A stretch of 64,000 nt of DNA from an uncultured Lentisphaeria bacterium (GCA_949282965.1 CASDQW010000010.1:4243-68242); one strand, 5' to 3'; shown: positions 48,655 through 60,650, counted from the first letter of the stretch. A program made the numbers and translations. The notes: generated by a model from the sequence alone, not told the origin.

Positions 48655-49548
48655 GTGCGCGCCCCTCTCCTCCGGCGGCGGGAGTATTGTGTGAAATTCA
48701 TTGACTACTGGCATGCGAACCGGCAGCGTTATCAGGCGTTGCTGTTCGACATCGACGGCACCTTGTCCTGCGGCAGCAACGTTCTGCCCGGCGTCCGGGA
48801 ACTGCTGGCGGAACTGCGCGCGGAACAGGTGCCGCATTGCATTCTGACCAACGACGGCAACCACTCGCAGGAGGAGAAGAGCGCCATCCTGGCGGCGGGC
48901 GGTCTCTCCGTCGCCCCGGAGGAGATCGTCTCCTGCGGTTCCGTTCTGGGAGAACTGGTCACGGCGCGGGGCTGGCGGAACCGGATGTTTTTCGTACTGG
49001 GATTACTGGGACATCCGTGTTACGCGGAACGTGCCGGACTGCGGGTCTGCCGCGACGAACACCGCATCGACGAGTGTTTCGGAGTAATCAACGGCGAAGA
49101 TTACTACGACTGGCACAACCATATGCAGGCGGCGATCAACTTTTTCCGCCGTCATCCGGACCGTCCGCTGGTGGTGCCGAATCCGGACAGTTACTGGCCC
49201 GGTTCGCGTCCCGGCTGGCTGGGGGTGGGCGCGGGCGGCCAGACCCGTTTCATCTGCGGTATGCTTGCCGAAATGGGGGTGGACATCCAGCCGATTTACC
49301 TGGGCAAACCCTACCGGCCGGTTTATGACGCCGCGGTGCATCTGCTGCGGCGGCGTTTTCCGGAAGCCGGCGAATTTGACTACGGCCGGATTCTCATGCT
49401 GGGAGATTCGCTGCGTTCCGACGTGCGCGGAGCGAACAACTGCGGCATGGTTTCCGCGCTGCTGTTGACTGGAATCACCACGGCGGCGCAGGCGGCGCGG
49501 GCGGAAGGGGATTGCGTGCCGCAACTGATTTTCGATACCATCGGTTGA
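48655..49548 (+). CDS. HAD superfamily hydrolase, subfamily IIA (NagD-like)
   Basis: LLFDIDGTL, ILTNDGNHS, YLGKPY, MLGDSLRSDVRGANNCGM. Start uncertain (GTG 48655, or GTG 48691 with a gggag RBS). Confidence 0.75.
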   Translation: MRAPLLRRREYCVKFIDYWHANRQRYQALLFDIDGTLSCGSNVLPGVRELLAELRAEQVPHCILTNDGNHSQEEKSAILAAGGLSVAPEEIVSCGSVLGELVTARGWRNRMFFVLGLLGHPCYAERAGLRVCRDEHRIDECFGVINGEDYYDWHNHMQAAINFFRRHPDRPLVVPNPDSYWPGSRPGWLGVGAGGQTRFICGMLAEMGVDIQPIYLGKPYRPVYDAAVHLLRRRFPEAGEFDYGRILMLGDSLRSDVRGANNCGMVSALLLTGITTAAQAARAEGDCVPQLIFDTIG

Positions 49549-49655
49549 ACGAAACAATAACGATGAGGGGATTTTTCGGAAAAAGTTGGGCTCCCCGCAT
49601 AAATCCGGCTTGCAATTTTCCGAAAAAACGATATTGTAAGGGAGTTTTGAGAAAA

Positions 49656-49732
49656 GGGCGTATAGCTCAGTTGGTTAGAGCGCTACGTTGACATCGTAGA
49701 GGTCGTAGATTCGAGTTCTACTACGCCCACCA
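49656..49732 (+). tRNA. tRNA-Val (anticodon GAC), CCA encoded
   Basis: Hand-folded cloverleaf: acceptor gggcgta/tacgccc, D arm gctc-agttggtta-gagc, anticodon arm ctacg-ttGACat-cgtag, 5 nt variable loop, T arm gtaga-ttcgagt-tctac, discriminator A, CCA. Confidence 0.92.
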
Positions 49733-49747
49733 TTTAGAATGGTTCCG

Positions 49748-49773
49748 CCGACCGGATTCCCGGTTGGTTTTTT
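49748..49773 (+). terminator. rho-independent terminator after tRNA-Val
   Basis: ccgaccgg-attc-ccggttgg hairpin (one G-U pair) followed by tttttt. Confidence 0.6.
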
Positions 49774-50199
49774 CATTTTGAGCTTCCGACAAATCTTCCG
49801 GGGGAGTAGCAGTCGCAGACTTTTCGACAGGAGAAACAGAGATCAGGAAAACCCACCTCCCGTTTTTGAGCGTTGAAAAACGGAATTCTCCGTAGAAAGA
49901 AATTTAGTCAAAATATGAAGTTTTATCCCCTGCCGTTTTCAAGGTTAAACTCTGGAGAAAAGGGGCGTTTTTTTCGATTTTTCTGAAATTTCCGGAAAAT
50001 GGTCATTTTGTCCACCTGGCAAACGGTCGACTTTTTGTTACTGTCCCATTCCCCCGTCTCAACAAGCTGAAAGCATATTGTATCCGCAACCGCGCCGTTT
50101 ATTTTTGAGTCCTTGTAATCGGCTAATTGCGGGATATAGTAACGCAAAGGCTTGTACACCAATCTTTTCATCAAAAGCTGTCTTGGGGAGAGTGGCGCA

Positions 50200-50646
50200 A
50201 TGAATGCCATGCATTTCTATGAAAAACATGGAGAAATGCTGATTCAATTCTTGTATTTTATCATGCTTGCCTTGATTATGGGCGATTCTGAATTTCGCCT
50301 CGGGAGTTTTTTATTTTATCTGACTGCCTGGAGCATCTTCTACTGGTTAACCCGGCATTGGAGTAGTGCCAAAAAGCAGCTTGCGAGCGGGCTCAGCGCG
50401 TTCTTTTCCATCACAGTCCTGGTGTTGCTGTTGTTCTACTCCGAATCAGTACCGGAGCCTTTTGAGAGGCAAGGGAAGTATTCAGTTGCTTTTGAGTGTC
50501 TTGCCTGTCTTTTCGCTTTATTCATTTCCATATTTGCAGCTCTTTTATTGGGGAGTTTTTCTTTCTTCTGCTCAAAGTTTTTTCTTTCACGCAACAAACG
50601 CGGGGTAGGTTATCAAGCATCGAAAAAGGTAGACTTCAGGGAGTAA
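50200..50646 (+). CDS. hypothetical small membrane protein (about 4 TM), island-encoded
   Basis: ATG 50200 after ggggagag. Hydrophobic segments LIQFLYFIMLALIMG, FLFYLTAWSIFYWL, FFSITVLVLLLFY, LFALFISIFAALLLGSFSFF. Low-GC codon usage unlike the flanks. Confidence 0.5.
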   Translation: MNAMHFYEKHGEMLIQFLYFIMLALIMGDSEFRLGSFLFYLTAWSIFYWLTRHWSSAKKQLASGLSAFFSITVLVLLLFYSESVPEPFERQGKYSVAFECLACLFALFISIFAALLLGSFSFFCSKFFLSRNKRGVGYQASKKVDFRE

Positions 50647-50649
50647 TCC

Positions 50650-51222
50650 ATGTATCAATGCTTCTTTGTAAAATTTCAGCTCTGCTCCGGAAATGTGAAA
50701 TTGTATTCGCCTTATTTGATGGATCATGAAAGCAATCCCGATACGCCGCTGCTCGTTAATGGGAAAATCGTTTTCTTTAAGACGAAAAACGGCGCGGTCA
50801 ATTTCATGCACAATCATTTCCGCGCTGTTCCGTACCATGACGAACCTGCATATGAATTTGATACGGAAACATTTATTGAAAACATCCGAACCGGATATCA
50901 TCGAGGATTAGTCATCGATACTCTTAACATCGTTTTTGATTATTTAAGTGCGATAAAGGCGGAGAATTACCCATTCTTTTCCCGGGAAGCCATTGCCGAT
51001 TTTGCGGATTATGCTACTTTTCATAGAGAAATCGAGGTATACTTTCAAAACCACTCTCATCCTTCTCCTTCTGAACTGATCAATTTCCTTTACTGGTTTT
51101 TAGGGGAAATTGCCCATCATTCCATCCTTTATTCACGGCGTGTCTTAGCGGAAACCATTCAGGGCAAGACACAGCCTTTAACTATTCAAGCGGAACAATC
51201 CTTCCTCATGCCAAGCAAATAA
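50650..51222 (+). CDS. hypothetical protein (190 aa), island-encoded
   Basis: Starts 4 nt after the preceding stop, with gggag 8 nt upstream. Balanced soluble-protein composition and no motif I recognise. Confidence 0.5.
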   Translation: MYQCFFVKFQLCSGNVKLYSPYLMDHESNPDTPLLVNGKIVFFKTKNGAVNFMHNHFRAVPYHDEPAYEFDTETFIENIRTGYHRGLVIDTLNIVFDYLSAIKAENYPFFSREAIADFADYATFHREIEVYFQNHSHPSPSELINFLYWFLGEIAHHSILYSRRVLAETIQGKTQPLTIQAEQSFLMPSK

Positions 51223-51636
51223 GACTTTGAATTGCGGTTGTCCTTGATAACCGGGCAATAAAATACTGGAACCTGTTTGTATTCGCGACGGAATCATCTA
51301 TTTGAGAACTTGCAATCAGATAGCTACGGGATATGAAAAATCAGAAGTTTTTTTCCATAAAAGAATGTCCAAACTGGAGTGCATGGTTCTGCGGTACTTG
51401 CAATCGGCACTGACGGAAGATATCATATCTTCAAAAAATTTTATTCCCCCAATTCCCGGTTGCCGAGAAAATACAGGAGGGCTCTATGAAAAGATGGTTC
51501 CAACATCTATTGGGTATGGATCCTTCTGCTGGATTTTGCGTATCTCTTTCTGTTCTGGCCGCTTCACGATTATCCGGAAACACTGTATCCGATTCTGTCG
51601 GAAGATTGCTATGATCTCTGGGAAGAGTTCGCCGTC

Positions 51637-52140
51637 ATGCATCTGGAAGGATTTCTCGCTATCGGGATGCTTTTCCTTTTGCTGTCAGCCCTGGGCGGTG
51701 GGGTGTTGATTGCAGTTAAGGCAAAAGGCCGGAAAAAAGCGGGAATACTCCTCGGGTATCTCTGCCTTGCGCTCTGGACGCTCTACTGCGGAATGCCGGG
51801 GCTGGGACAGGCGCGGGAAAAAGCCAGACGCATAGCCTGTCAGGCCCATCTGAAACAGATCTGCCTCGCTCTGGAACGGTATGCGGAAGAAAACGCAGGA
51901 GCTTATCCGCCGGATTTACGGACACTGCTGGAAACGGATTATCTGACGGATGAAAGCATTTACCGCTGTCCGAGCCGACGCCGCCCGAATCCGGAATTTT
52001 CCGATTACCAATATCTGGGCAGCGGACATCGCATCGGGGAACCGGCATTTCCCATCCTGCGCGACCTTGAAAAAAATCATCCGGGGAAATACGGTAATAT
52101 CCTGCATTCCAACGGAGATTGTTCCATTGCGGCGAGGTGA
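51637..52140 (+). CDS. divergent DUF1559-like protein lacking the FTLIELL prepilin leader (TM-anchored); possibly 5'-disrupted
   Basis: [36 protein letters not shown] and HPGKYGNILHSNGD mirror the post-leader Cys box, second Cys and H-X9-(D/N)G of the canonical paralogs. The N-terminus is two unrelated hydrophobic helices. The frame stays open 49 codons upstream of the ATG. Confidence 0.5.
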   Translation: MHLEGFLAIGMLFLLLSALGGGVLIAVKAKGRKKAGILLGYLCLALWTLYCGMPGLGQAREKARRIACQAHLKQICLALERYAEENAGAYPPDLRTLLETDYLTDESIYRCPSRRRPNPEFSDYQYLGSGHRIGEPAFPILRDLEKNHPGKYGNILHSNGDCSIAAR

Positions 52141-52454
52141 GTGAGAAAATATAGATGCAGCAACGCGGATCGATATTGCAATAAAAAGCTGTCCGACCCG
52201 TGGAAAAGGCGCCCAACACGTGTGAATTGGAGCAGGAGTCGTCGGCAGGAAGAAAACATGGGTACGAAAATCTTGGAAAAGCCTGCGATCGCGCTTGCAA
52301 CCGGATCGATTGCCGAATATGGTAAAACGACGGATGTTTTTTCGTACAAAGCTCCTCCCGGAAGAAAGGCCGGGCCATCGCATCGAAGGCAGTTGCAGAA
52401 CAACCTGTTCCCGCCCGCCGCAAGCCACGACACGATCGTATGACAAGGAGAAGC

Positions 52455-53009
52455 ATGATGATCAAGAAACCCCTGCTCTGCCTTCTGTTGTCTTTGCTGC
52501 TTTTTTCCTCCGGATTCGCCCATAATCCGTCCCTGGTCACAGGCTTCCCGCTGGTGGATACCGATGCCTGGACGCCGGTTCAGGTTACAGTCTGGCCGGT
52601 GAAATTGTTTTCCGTTCAGGCGGTTTACGGGATCAATCTGGCGCCGTTTTTTTTGTCGTTTGAGCAGCGGGTGTACGGGATTTCTCTGGCTCTGATGGGA
52701 GGCGCCCGGAAATTATACGGAGTTCATTGCGGACTGGGTGGTTTTGCAGAACAATCGACCGGACTGATGGTCGGCCTATCGAACTACTGCAAATGGAATC
52801 GTGGAATCGTCATCGGATTGCTCAACTTTTCATCCGACTCGTACGATGCTGCCGGTTCCACTGAGAACCTGATGCAACTCGGAGTCTTCAACCAGGCGGA
52901 AAACGGTCTGCAGATCGGACTGCTCAATTACAACCCCAATGCCCTCATCCCGTGGATGCCCATGATTAATTTCTCTCCGAGAAAAACGGCGCCTCCGGAA
53001 GCACGATGA
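52455..53009 (+). CDS. secreted repeat protein with G-[LI]-x-[IL]-G-L-[LS]-N type repeats
   Basis: aaggag RBS, MMIKKPLLCLLLSLLLFSSGFA signal peptide. Repeats VYGINLAPFF / VYGISLALMGG / LYGVHCGLGG / STGLMVGLSNY / NRGIVIGLLNF / LMQLGVFNQ / NGLQIGLLNY. Reminiscent of the LA_2272-type surface repeat family (from memory, not verified). Confidence 0.55.
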   Translation: MMIKKPLLCLLLSLLLFSSGFAHNPSLVTGFPLVDTDAWTPVQVTVWPVKLFSVQAVYGINLAPFFLSFEQRVYGISLALMGGARKLYGVHCGLGGFAEQSTGLMVGLSNYCKWNRGIVIGLLNFSSDSYDAAGSTENLMQLGVFNQAENGLQIGLLNYNPNALIPWMPMINFSPRKTAPPEAR

Positions 53010-53044
53010 AGCGGAAATCTCCCCCCAAGCAGTCTTTTCGCCAA

Positions 53045-54313
53045 TCAGCTGATCTCAAACGCGGCACCGAGCCTCCGGAAATCCGCGACAAAGTCCGGAT
53101 ACGTCACCGCCGCCGCCTCCACTCCATGGATGACCGAAGGCGAATCCGCCGCCAGCGCGGCGACCGCCAGCGCCATGACGATGCGGTGATCTCCACAGCC
53201 GTCCAGTTCGGCTCCACGCAAGCGCCCCCCCTGAATGATCATGCCGTCCGGCAGCTCCTCAACGGTCACCCCCATCTTTCGCAACTCCCGGGTCATACAG
53301 GCGATCCGGTCCGTCTCCTTGACCCGGGCCTGCGGGACATGGAGCAGTCGGGTCGTCCCCGTCGCCGCGGCGGCGGCCACCGCCATCACCGGCAGCGCGT
53401 CCGGCGTGGCATTAAGGTCGAAGTCGCCTCCCTGCAACGGCCGCGCAGACTCCACAAACAGTTCCGTCCCTCGCCGGCAGGAAGCATTCATGCGCGCCAG
53501 ATACTCAAATACGGCTTTGTCTCCCTGCACGTCGGCAAAATCCAGATTGCGGATCTCCACTCCGTCCCCGACCAGCGCCGCCGCGACCAGCGGAAACGCC
53601 GCCGTGGAAAAATCCGCGGGAATCGTCGCCTCAAATCCCCGGTAACGCTGTCTTCCCGGTACTTCAAAATGCAGCAGGTCCTCCGAACAACGGTAGCGGA
53701 TGCCCAGCCGGTCCAGCCAGCCGAGGGTGATGCCGATATACGGTTTCTCATTGAGAAACTCCAGGTCCAATACGCAGTCGCGCCGGGCCAGCGGCGCAGC
53801 AAAAAGCAATGCCGTCAGAAATTGCGACGTCGTCCCGTCCACTGCGGCGGCGGTCCCGCCTTCGAGCGGCCCCCGGACCGTGAGCGGACACCGGCCGTTA
53901 TCCGAAATGCATTCCGCCCCCAGCTGCCGCAACGCCTCCAGCAGCCCCTCCATCAACCGAGTCCGCAACGAAGCGTCCCCATCAAAACGGACCGGAAACC
54001 CTCCGGTCGCGGCCATGGCCGTCAACAGTCGCAGTCCGGTGCCGGAATTCCCCAGGTCCAGCGTCTTGCGGGGCTCGGTCAGACGTCCGCCGGTTCCGGT
54101 AATGAGCCAGTCCCGCCCCTGTTCCACGCAATGCGCCCCCAGCTCCGTGGCGGCGACCAGTGCGGAACGGGTGTCCGCCGAATCCAGCGGCGCACGCAGC
54201 GTACTCGTGCCTTCGGCGGCCAGCGCGGCGACAATGCCGCGAATGGTATGGGATTTCGAACCGGGCACGGTGATTGAGCCGGCCATGCGGGAGGGGTGTA
54301 CGGTCAGTTTCAT
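53045..54313 (-). CDS. aroA: 3-phosphoshikimate 1-carboxyvinyltransferase (EPSP synthase)
   Basis: GSITVPGSKSHTIRGIVAALAAEGTSTL, LDLGNSGTGLRLL, DHRIVMALAVAAL. Confidence 0.9.
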   Translation of the reverse strand: MKLTVHPSRMAGSITVPGSKSHTIRGIVAALAAEGTSTLRAPLDSADTRSALVAATELGAHCVEQGRDWLITGTGGRLTEPRKTLDLGNSGTGLRLLTAMAATGGFPVRFDGDASLRTRLMEGLLEALRQLGAECISDNGRCPLTVRGPLEGGTAAAVDGTTSQFLTALLFAAPLARRDCVLDLEFLNEKPYIGITLGWLDRLGIRYRCSEDLLHFEVPGRQRYRGFEATIPADFSTAAFPLVAAALVGDGVEIRNLDFADVQGDKAVFEYLARMNASCRRGTELFVESARPLQGGDFDLNATPDALPVMAVAAAAATGTTRLLHVPQARVKETDRIACMTRELRKMGVTVEELPDGMIIQGGRLRGAELDGCGDHRIVMALAVAALAADSPSVIHGVEAAAVTYPDFVADFRRLGAAFEIS

Positions 54314-54387
54314 CGTAACAAAGTACCTTGCAATTCCATGATGTCGGCATTAATGTAACGTAGAATCCCAACGAAAGCAAACCGAAT

Positions 54388-55638
54388 ATGCAGATTGAAG
54401 TTATCTCCACCGGCACAGAGCTCCTGAAAGGCTCCAACGTCAACACCAACCTCGCCACCATCGGCCGCGCGTTCGGCACGATCGGCAAAACCGTACACCG
54501 GGCTCAAACCGTGGGCGATGACCGGGAGGCCTTGATCGCGGCGTTCCATCTGGCGGCGCTGACCGGGGACGTCATTCTCGTGACCGGCGGCCTCGGACCG
54601 ACCGCGGACGATCTGACCCGGGATGTTGCCGCGGAATTTTTCGGCATGCCGCTGATCCGTTCCAGAGAACTGGCCGACAACCTGCGCCGCTACTACCGGC
54701 GGCGCCACGGAACCGGACCGATCCCCGCCACGCTTTTCCGCCAGGCGGACGTGCCGCAGGGAGCCGTGGTGCTGCCGAATGCCAACGGCAGTGCCCCCGG
54801 CCTTTACCTGAATACCACTTACGCCGGGCACGCCTGTCATGTGTTTCTCCTGCCCGGACCGCCGGTGGAGATGGAGCCGATCCTGGACGCGGAAGTGCTG
54901 CCCCGCCTGGCCGCCCTTGGTGACGACAGCGACCGGACACTGACCCGCGGCTTCCTCGTCGCCGGCGGCGCGGAACTCATGATCGAGGAAACGCTGGCAC
55001 CGCGTTTTCGCGATTGTGCGGTAGCGCTGGCCTACTGCGCCAGCGCGGAAGGCACCCGGGTTTTTCTCTCCGCCGCCGATGCCGCGCTGCTGGATGAAAA
55101 ATTCACGGAAGCCCATCAATTGTTTTCCGGCAGCGCCCTGCCGGAAGGCTGTCTCTCCCTCGCCGAAGGCCTGGTGCGACTGCTGAAGGAACAGCACCGG
55201 ACGTTGAGCCTGGCCGAATCCTGCACCGGCGGCCTGACGGCGGCGGCCATCACCGCCGTTCCCGGAGCGTCCGAAGTCTTTCTGGGCAGCGTCACCGCTT
55301 ATGACAACCGCGTTAAAGCGACGGTGCTCGGCGTGCCGGAAATGTTGCTCGCCACCTCCGGCGCGGTCAGCGCCGACTGCGCAATGGCCATGACCCGGGG
55401 CGTCCGGCAATTGCTGCATACGGACTGCAGCGCGGCCATCACCGGCATTGCCGGTCCCGGCGGCGGCACGCCGGAAAAACCAGTAGGGCTGGTCTACGTC
55501 GCCGCCGCCTGCGGCGACCGGGAGGCGGTGCGGGAATGCCGGTTCCGCGGCAACCGGGAATCCATCCGGCTGCGCTCCCGGGCAGCGGCCCTGCAACTGC
55601 TTTACCAGCTGGTTACCGGCGCGCCCACGAAGGGGTAA
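54388..55638 (+). CDS. cinA: CinA family protein (MoCF-binding domain + nicotinamide-nucleotide amidohydrolase PncC domain)
   Basis: MQIEVISTGTELLKGSNVNTNLATIG...VILVTGGLGPTADDLT...SLAESCTGGL...ITGIAGPGGGTPEKPVGLVYV. Confidence 0.88.
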   Translation: MQIEVISTGTELLKGSNVNTNLATIGRAFGTIGKTVHRAQTVGDDREALIAAFHLAALTGDVILVTGGLGPTADDLTRDVAAEFFGMPLIRSRELADNLRRYYRRRHGTGPIPATLFRQADVPQGAVVLPNANGSAPGLYLNTTYAGHACHVFLLPGPPVEMEPILDAEVLPRLAALGDDSDRTLTRGFLVAGGAELMIEETLAPRFRDCAVALAYCASAEGTRVFLSAADAALLDEKFTEAHQLFSGSALPEGCLSLAEGLVRLLKEQHRTLSLAESCTGGLTAAAITAVPGASEVFLGSVTAYDNRVKATVLGVPEMLLATSGAVSADCAMAMTRGVRQLLHTDCSAAITGIAGPGGGTPEKPVGLVYVAAACGDREAVRECRFRGNRESIRLRSRAAALQLLYQLVTGAPTKG

Positions 55639-55731
55639 CGCTTCCGGAGTCCCCGTCATGGCCGGGAGGGGGACGCGGGTTTGTTTTTCTGAGATCGGGT
55701 GTATATTATCCGAAACGGACGGAGGTGGTAT

Positions 55732-58266
<2,535 letters not shown>

Positions 58267-58337
58267 AAAACTTCCCCCTGCGGACTTCCGGAATAATCCG
58301 GGAAGTGGCTCCGGCTTGCCGGAGGAAAAAAACGACA

Positions 58338-58370
58338 AAAAAAGAGGAGGCCTGCAAACCTCCTCTTTTG
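58338..58370. terminator. bidirectional rho-independent terminator between clpC and uxuA
   Basis: agaggagg-cctgcaaa-cctcctct 8 bp hairpin flanked by an A-run upstream and ttt downstream. The two genes converge here. Confidence 0.65.
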
Positions 58371-58481
58371 TTATCGGCTGCCGGTTGCCCGGAAATGCCG
58401 CATCCTTTTTTGCAGAAATGACTGCAAAGAGAGCGCCGATTCCTGCAAAGCGTCCCCCCTCCCGCGGCCAACTTCGCCGGA

Positions 58482-59687
58482 TTACTTTTCGTCCGGGAAA
58501 CAGCTGCGCATGACGCCCATTTCCAGCCCGCGCAATTCCGCCAGGCCGCGCATCCGTCCCAACGCGTAATAACCGGGATTGGGACACGGGGGCTTGGCCA
58601 GATCGTCCATGATGTCATGCCCATGGTCGGGGCGCATGGGAATGCGCCAGTCGGCACGGCCTTCCCGGCGGCGGCGGATCTGCTCGGCGCAAACCGCCTT
58701 GACCAGTTCATACATGTCCACCCGTCCTTCCAGATGCCGGGCTTCGTAGAAATTGCCGTCGCCTTCGTGTTGGGTGCTGCGCAGATGCAGGAAGCCCACC
58801 CGGGGCGCACATTCCTTGAACATGGCCACGACGTCGTTCTCCTTGCCCGCGCTGAAACTCCCCGCGCAGAAGCAGATCGCGTTCGCCGGGCTGTCCACCA
58901 TCGCCAGCAGGTTCCGCACGTCCGCGATGTTGCTGAAAATCCGCGGCAGCCCGAGAATGGAACGCGGCGGATCGTCGGGATGAATCACCAGCCGGCAGCT
59001 GTTTTCCTCCGCCACCGGAGTCACGGCTTCGAGGAAATGCCGCAGATTGGCCTCCAGCTTTTTGCGGTCCACGCCCTCGTAACGGGCCAGCATCCGGCGG
59101 ACGTCTTCGATGGTCACCCCTTTGAAACCGGGGAAATTGTCGATGATTGACCGGGTCTGTGCCTCCACCTGTTCCGGCGTCAGCGAACGGAAATAGGCGG
59201 TGGCCTTCTCGATCTGGCTCGGGGTGTAGTCCTTTTCCGCGCCCGGGCGCTTCAGAATGAACATTTCAAACGCGGCAAACTGCGCCTGGTCGAAATACAG
59301 CGTCGTCGCTCCGTCGGGCAGACGGTAATGCAGATCGGTCCGGATCCAGTCCAGCACCGGCATGAAATTGTAGGTGATCACCCGCGGCGCATTCGGCACT
59401 TTGCCGAGATTGCGGATGGATTCCTTGTAATTTTCAATATATTCCTCGCAGCGGCCGGCTCCCAGTTTGATGTCCTCATGCACCGGCAGACTTTCGATCA
59501 CGCTCCAGGTCAGTCCGGCCTCTTCGACGATCCGGCAGCGTTCCCGGATCGCCTCCACCGGCCAGACTTCCCCATAGGGGATTTCATGCAGCGACGTCAC
59601 CACGCCGGTGGCGCCGGTCTGGCGGATATGCGACAGCGGCACCGGATCCTTCGGGCCGTACCAGCGAAAAGTGGGTTCCATAAACAT
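58482..59687 (-). CDS. uxuA: mannonate dehydratase
   Basis: MFMEPTFRWYGPKDPVPLSHIRQTGATGVVTSLHEIPYGEVW..., RPDHGH. gagaggaaa RBS before ATG 59687. Confidence 0.88.
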   Translation of the reverse strand: MFMEPTFRWYGPKDPVPLSHIRQTGATGVVTSLHEIPYGEVWPVEAIRERCRIVEEAGLTWSVIESLPVHEDIKLGAGRCEEYIENYKESIRNLGKVPNAPRVITYNFMPVLDWIRTDLHYRLPDGATTLYFDQAQFAAFEMFILKRPGAEKDYTPSQIEKATAYFRSLTPEQVEAQTRSIIDNFPGFKGVTIEDVRRMLARYEGVDRKKLEANLRHFLEAVTPVAEENSCRLVIHPDDPPRSILGLPRIFSNIADVRNLLAMVDSPANAICFCAGSFSAGKENDVVAMFKECAPRVGFLHLRSTQHEGDGNFYEARHLEGRVDMYELVKAVCAEQIRRRREGRADWRIPMRPDHGHDIMDDLAKPPCPNPGYYALGRMRGLAELRGLEMGVMRSCFPDEK

Positions 59688-59805
59688 GGTCGTTTCCTCT
59701 CTATTGTCAATCGTTCCAATGATGGTCTTATAATATGCCACCGCATGTCGGAGGATGCAAATAAAAAACCGGTTTTTATGAAAAACTCCGCCAACCGATC
59801 ATCGT

Positions 59806-60555
59806 TCAGAAGAGAAAAACCGGCGGATGATCCACCGTCTTCAGTGCGGCCAGACGGTCTCTGGTGGCGGAGAACGCCGGGTGCGATATCGTCCGGCATT
59901 GTCGCGGGCAGAATTGGACGCAGGCCATGCAGCGCAGACACGTTTCCGGATCGGTCACACCGTTTCGGAGCGCCCCGGTCGGGCAGACTTCCTCGCAGAC
60001 TCCGCAGCGACTGCACGGTCCGATGGTCTCCGGCAGAAACGGCAGCGCCGGATACGGTTTGTATGGCCGGTTGCCCGGCGGCGTAAAAGGCTGCTTCTCC
60101 CGTTTCAGCAGCGCCGCGGAAAAAGTCGTCGCCGCCTGCCGGTCCCGTTCATCGGGCCGCCCCGCACCGACCTCCGGAATGAAACAATGAGGCGCCACCA
60201 GCGCCGCCATCGCCACCGGCACAAATCCACGCGCCGCCGCCAGATCGGCCAGCTCCAGCGCCGCGTCATCAAAATCCCGGTTTCCGTACACCACCGTGAT
60301 CACTGCCGCGCAGCCGTTCCCCTCCAGCCGGTCCAGCAGCCCCGGCACCGGCGGCACCCGTCCGCAGTAAACCGGCACGGCGAGAATCACCAGATCGTCC
60401 GGCGCGAACGCCCGCCGCTCCCGCCGGGCGGCAGGCCGTGTCAGATCCAGCTCCGAATAATCATACCGGAAACAACCCGCCAGCATCCGGGCACACGCCC
60501 GGGTGCCGTGCGTCGGACTGAAATAAACGGCGGTAACGGCTGACGGCTGATTCAT
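59806..60555 (-). CDS. flavodoxin-like domain + 2x[4Fe-4S] ferredoxin domain protein (EFR1-like)
   Basis: N-terminal flavodoxin-like AVYFSPTHGT...LVILAVPVY. C-terminal CSRCGVCEEVCP and CLRCMACVQFCP cluster motifs. Confidence 0.7.
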   Translation of the reverse strand: MNQPSAVTAVYFSPTHGTRACARMLAGCFRYDYSELDLTRPAARRERRAFAPDDLVILAVPVYCGRVPPVPGLLDRLEGNGCAAVITVVYGNRDFDDAALELADLAAARGFVPVAMAALVAPHCFIPEVGAGRPDERDRQAATTFSAALLKREKQPFTPPGNRPYKPYPALPFLPETIGPCSRCGVCEEVCPTGALRNGVTDPETCLRCMACVQFCPRQCRTISHPAFSATRDRLAALKTVDHPPVFLF

Positions 60556-60650
60556 ACGAAAACCTCCTTGAGAGTTGCATCGATCTGCCCTCTACATTGC
60601 CGCCGTTCCGGTGGGATGTCAAGTATTCTTCGTGTTTTTTCCGTCGCGCC

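Noticed and set aside
51302-51709. 135-aa ORF (Cys/Ser/Phe/Ile-rich) and 95-aa minus ORF 49923-50210 in the island
   Set aside because: 51302-51709 overlaps the better-supported open frame leading into the DUF1559-like gene and has odd composition. 49923-50210 lacks an RBS and overlaps the start of the membrane-protein gene. Neither can be supported from the sequence alone.
49733-53044. Calling the tRNA-Val-adjacent island an integrative mobile element
   Set aside because: There is no integrase gene, and I could find no direct repeat of the tRNA 3' end at the right border. It is therefore reported only as a compositionally atypical island.
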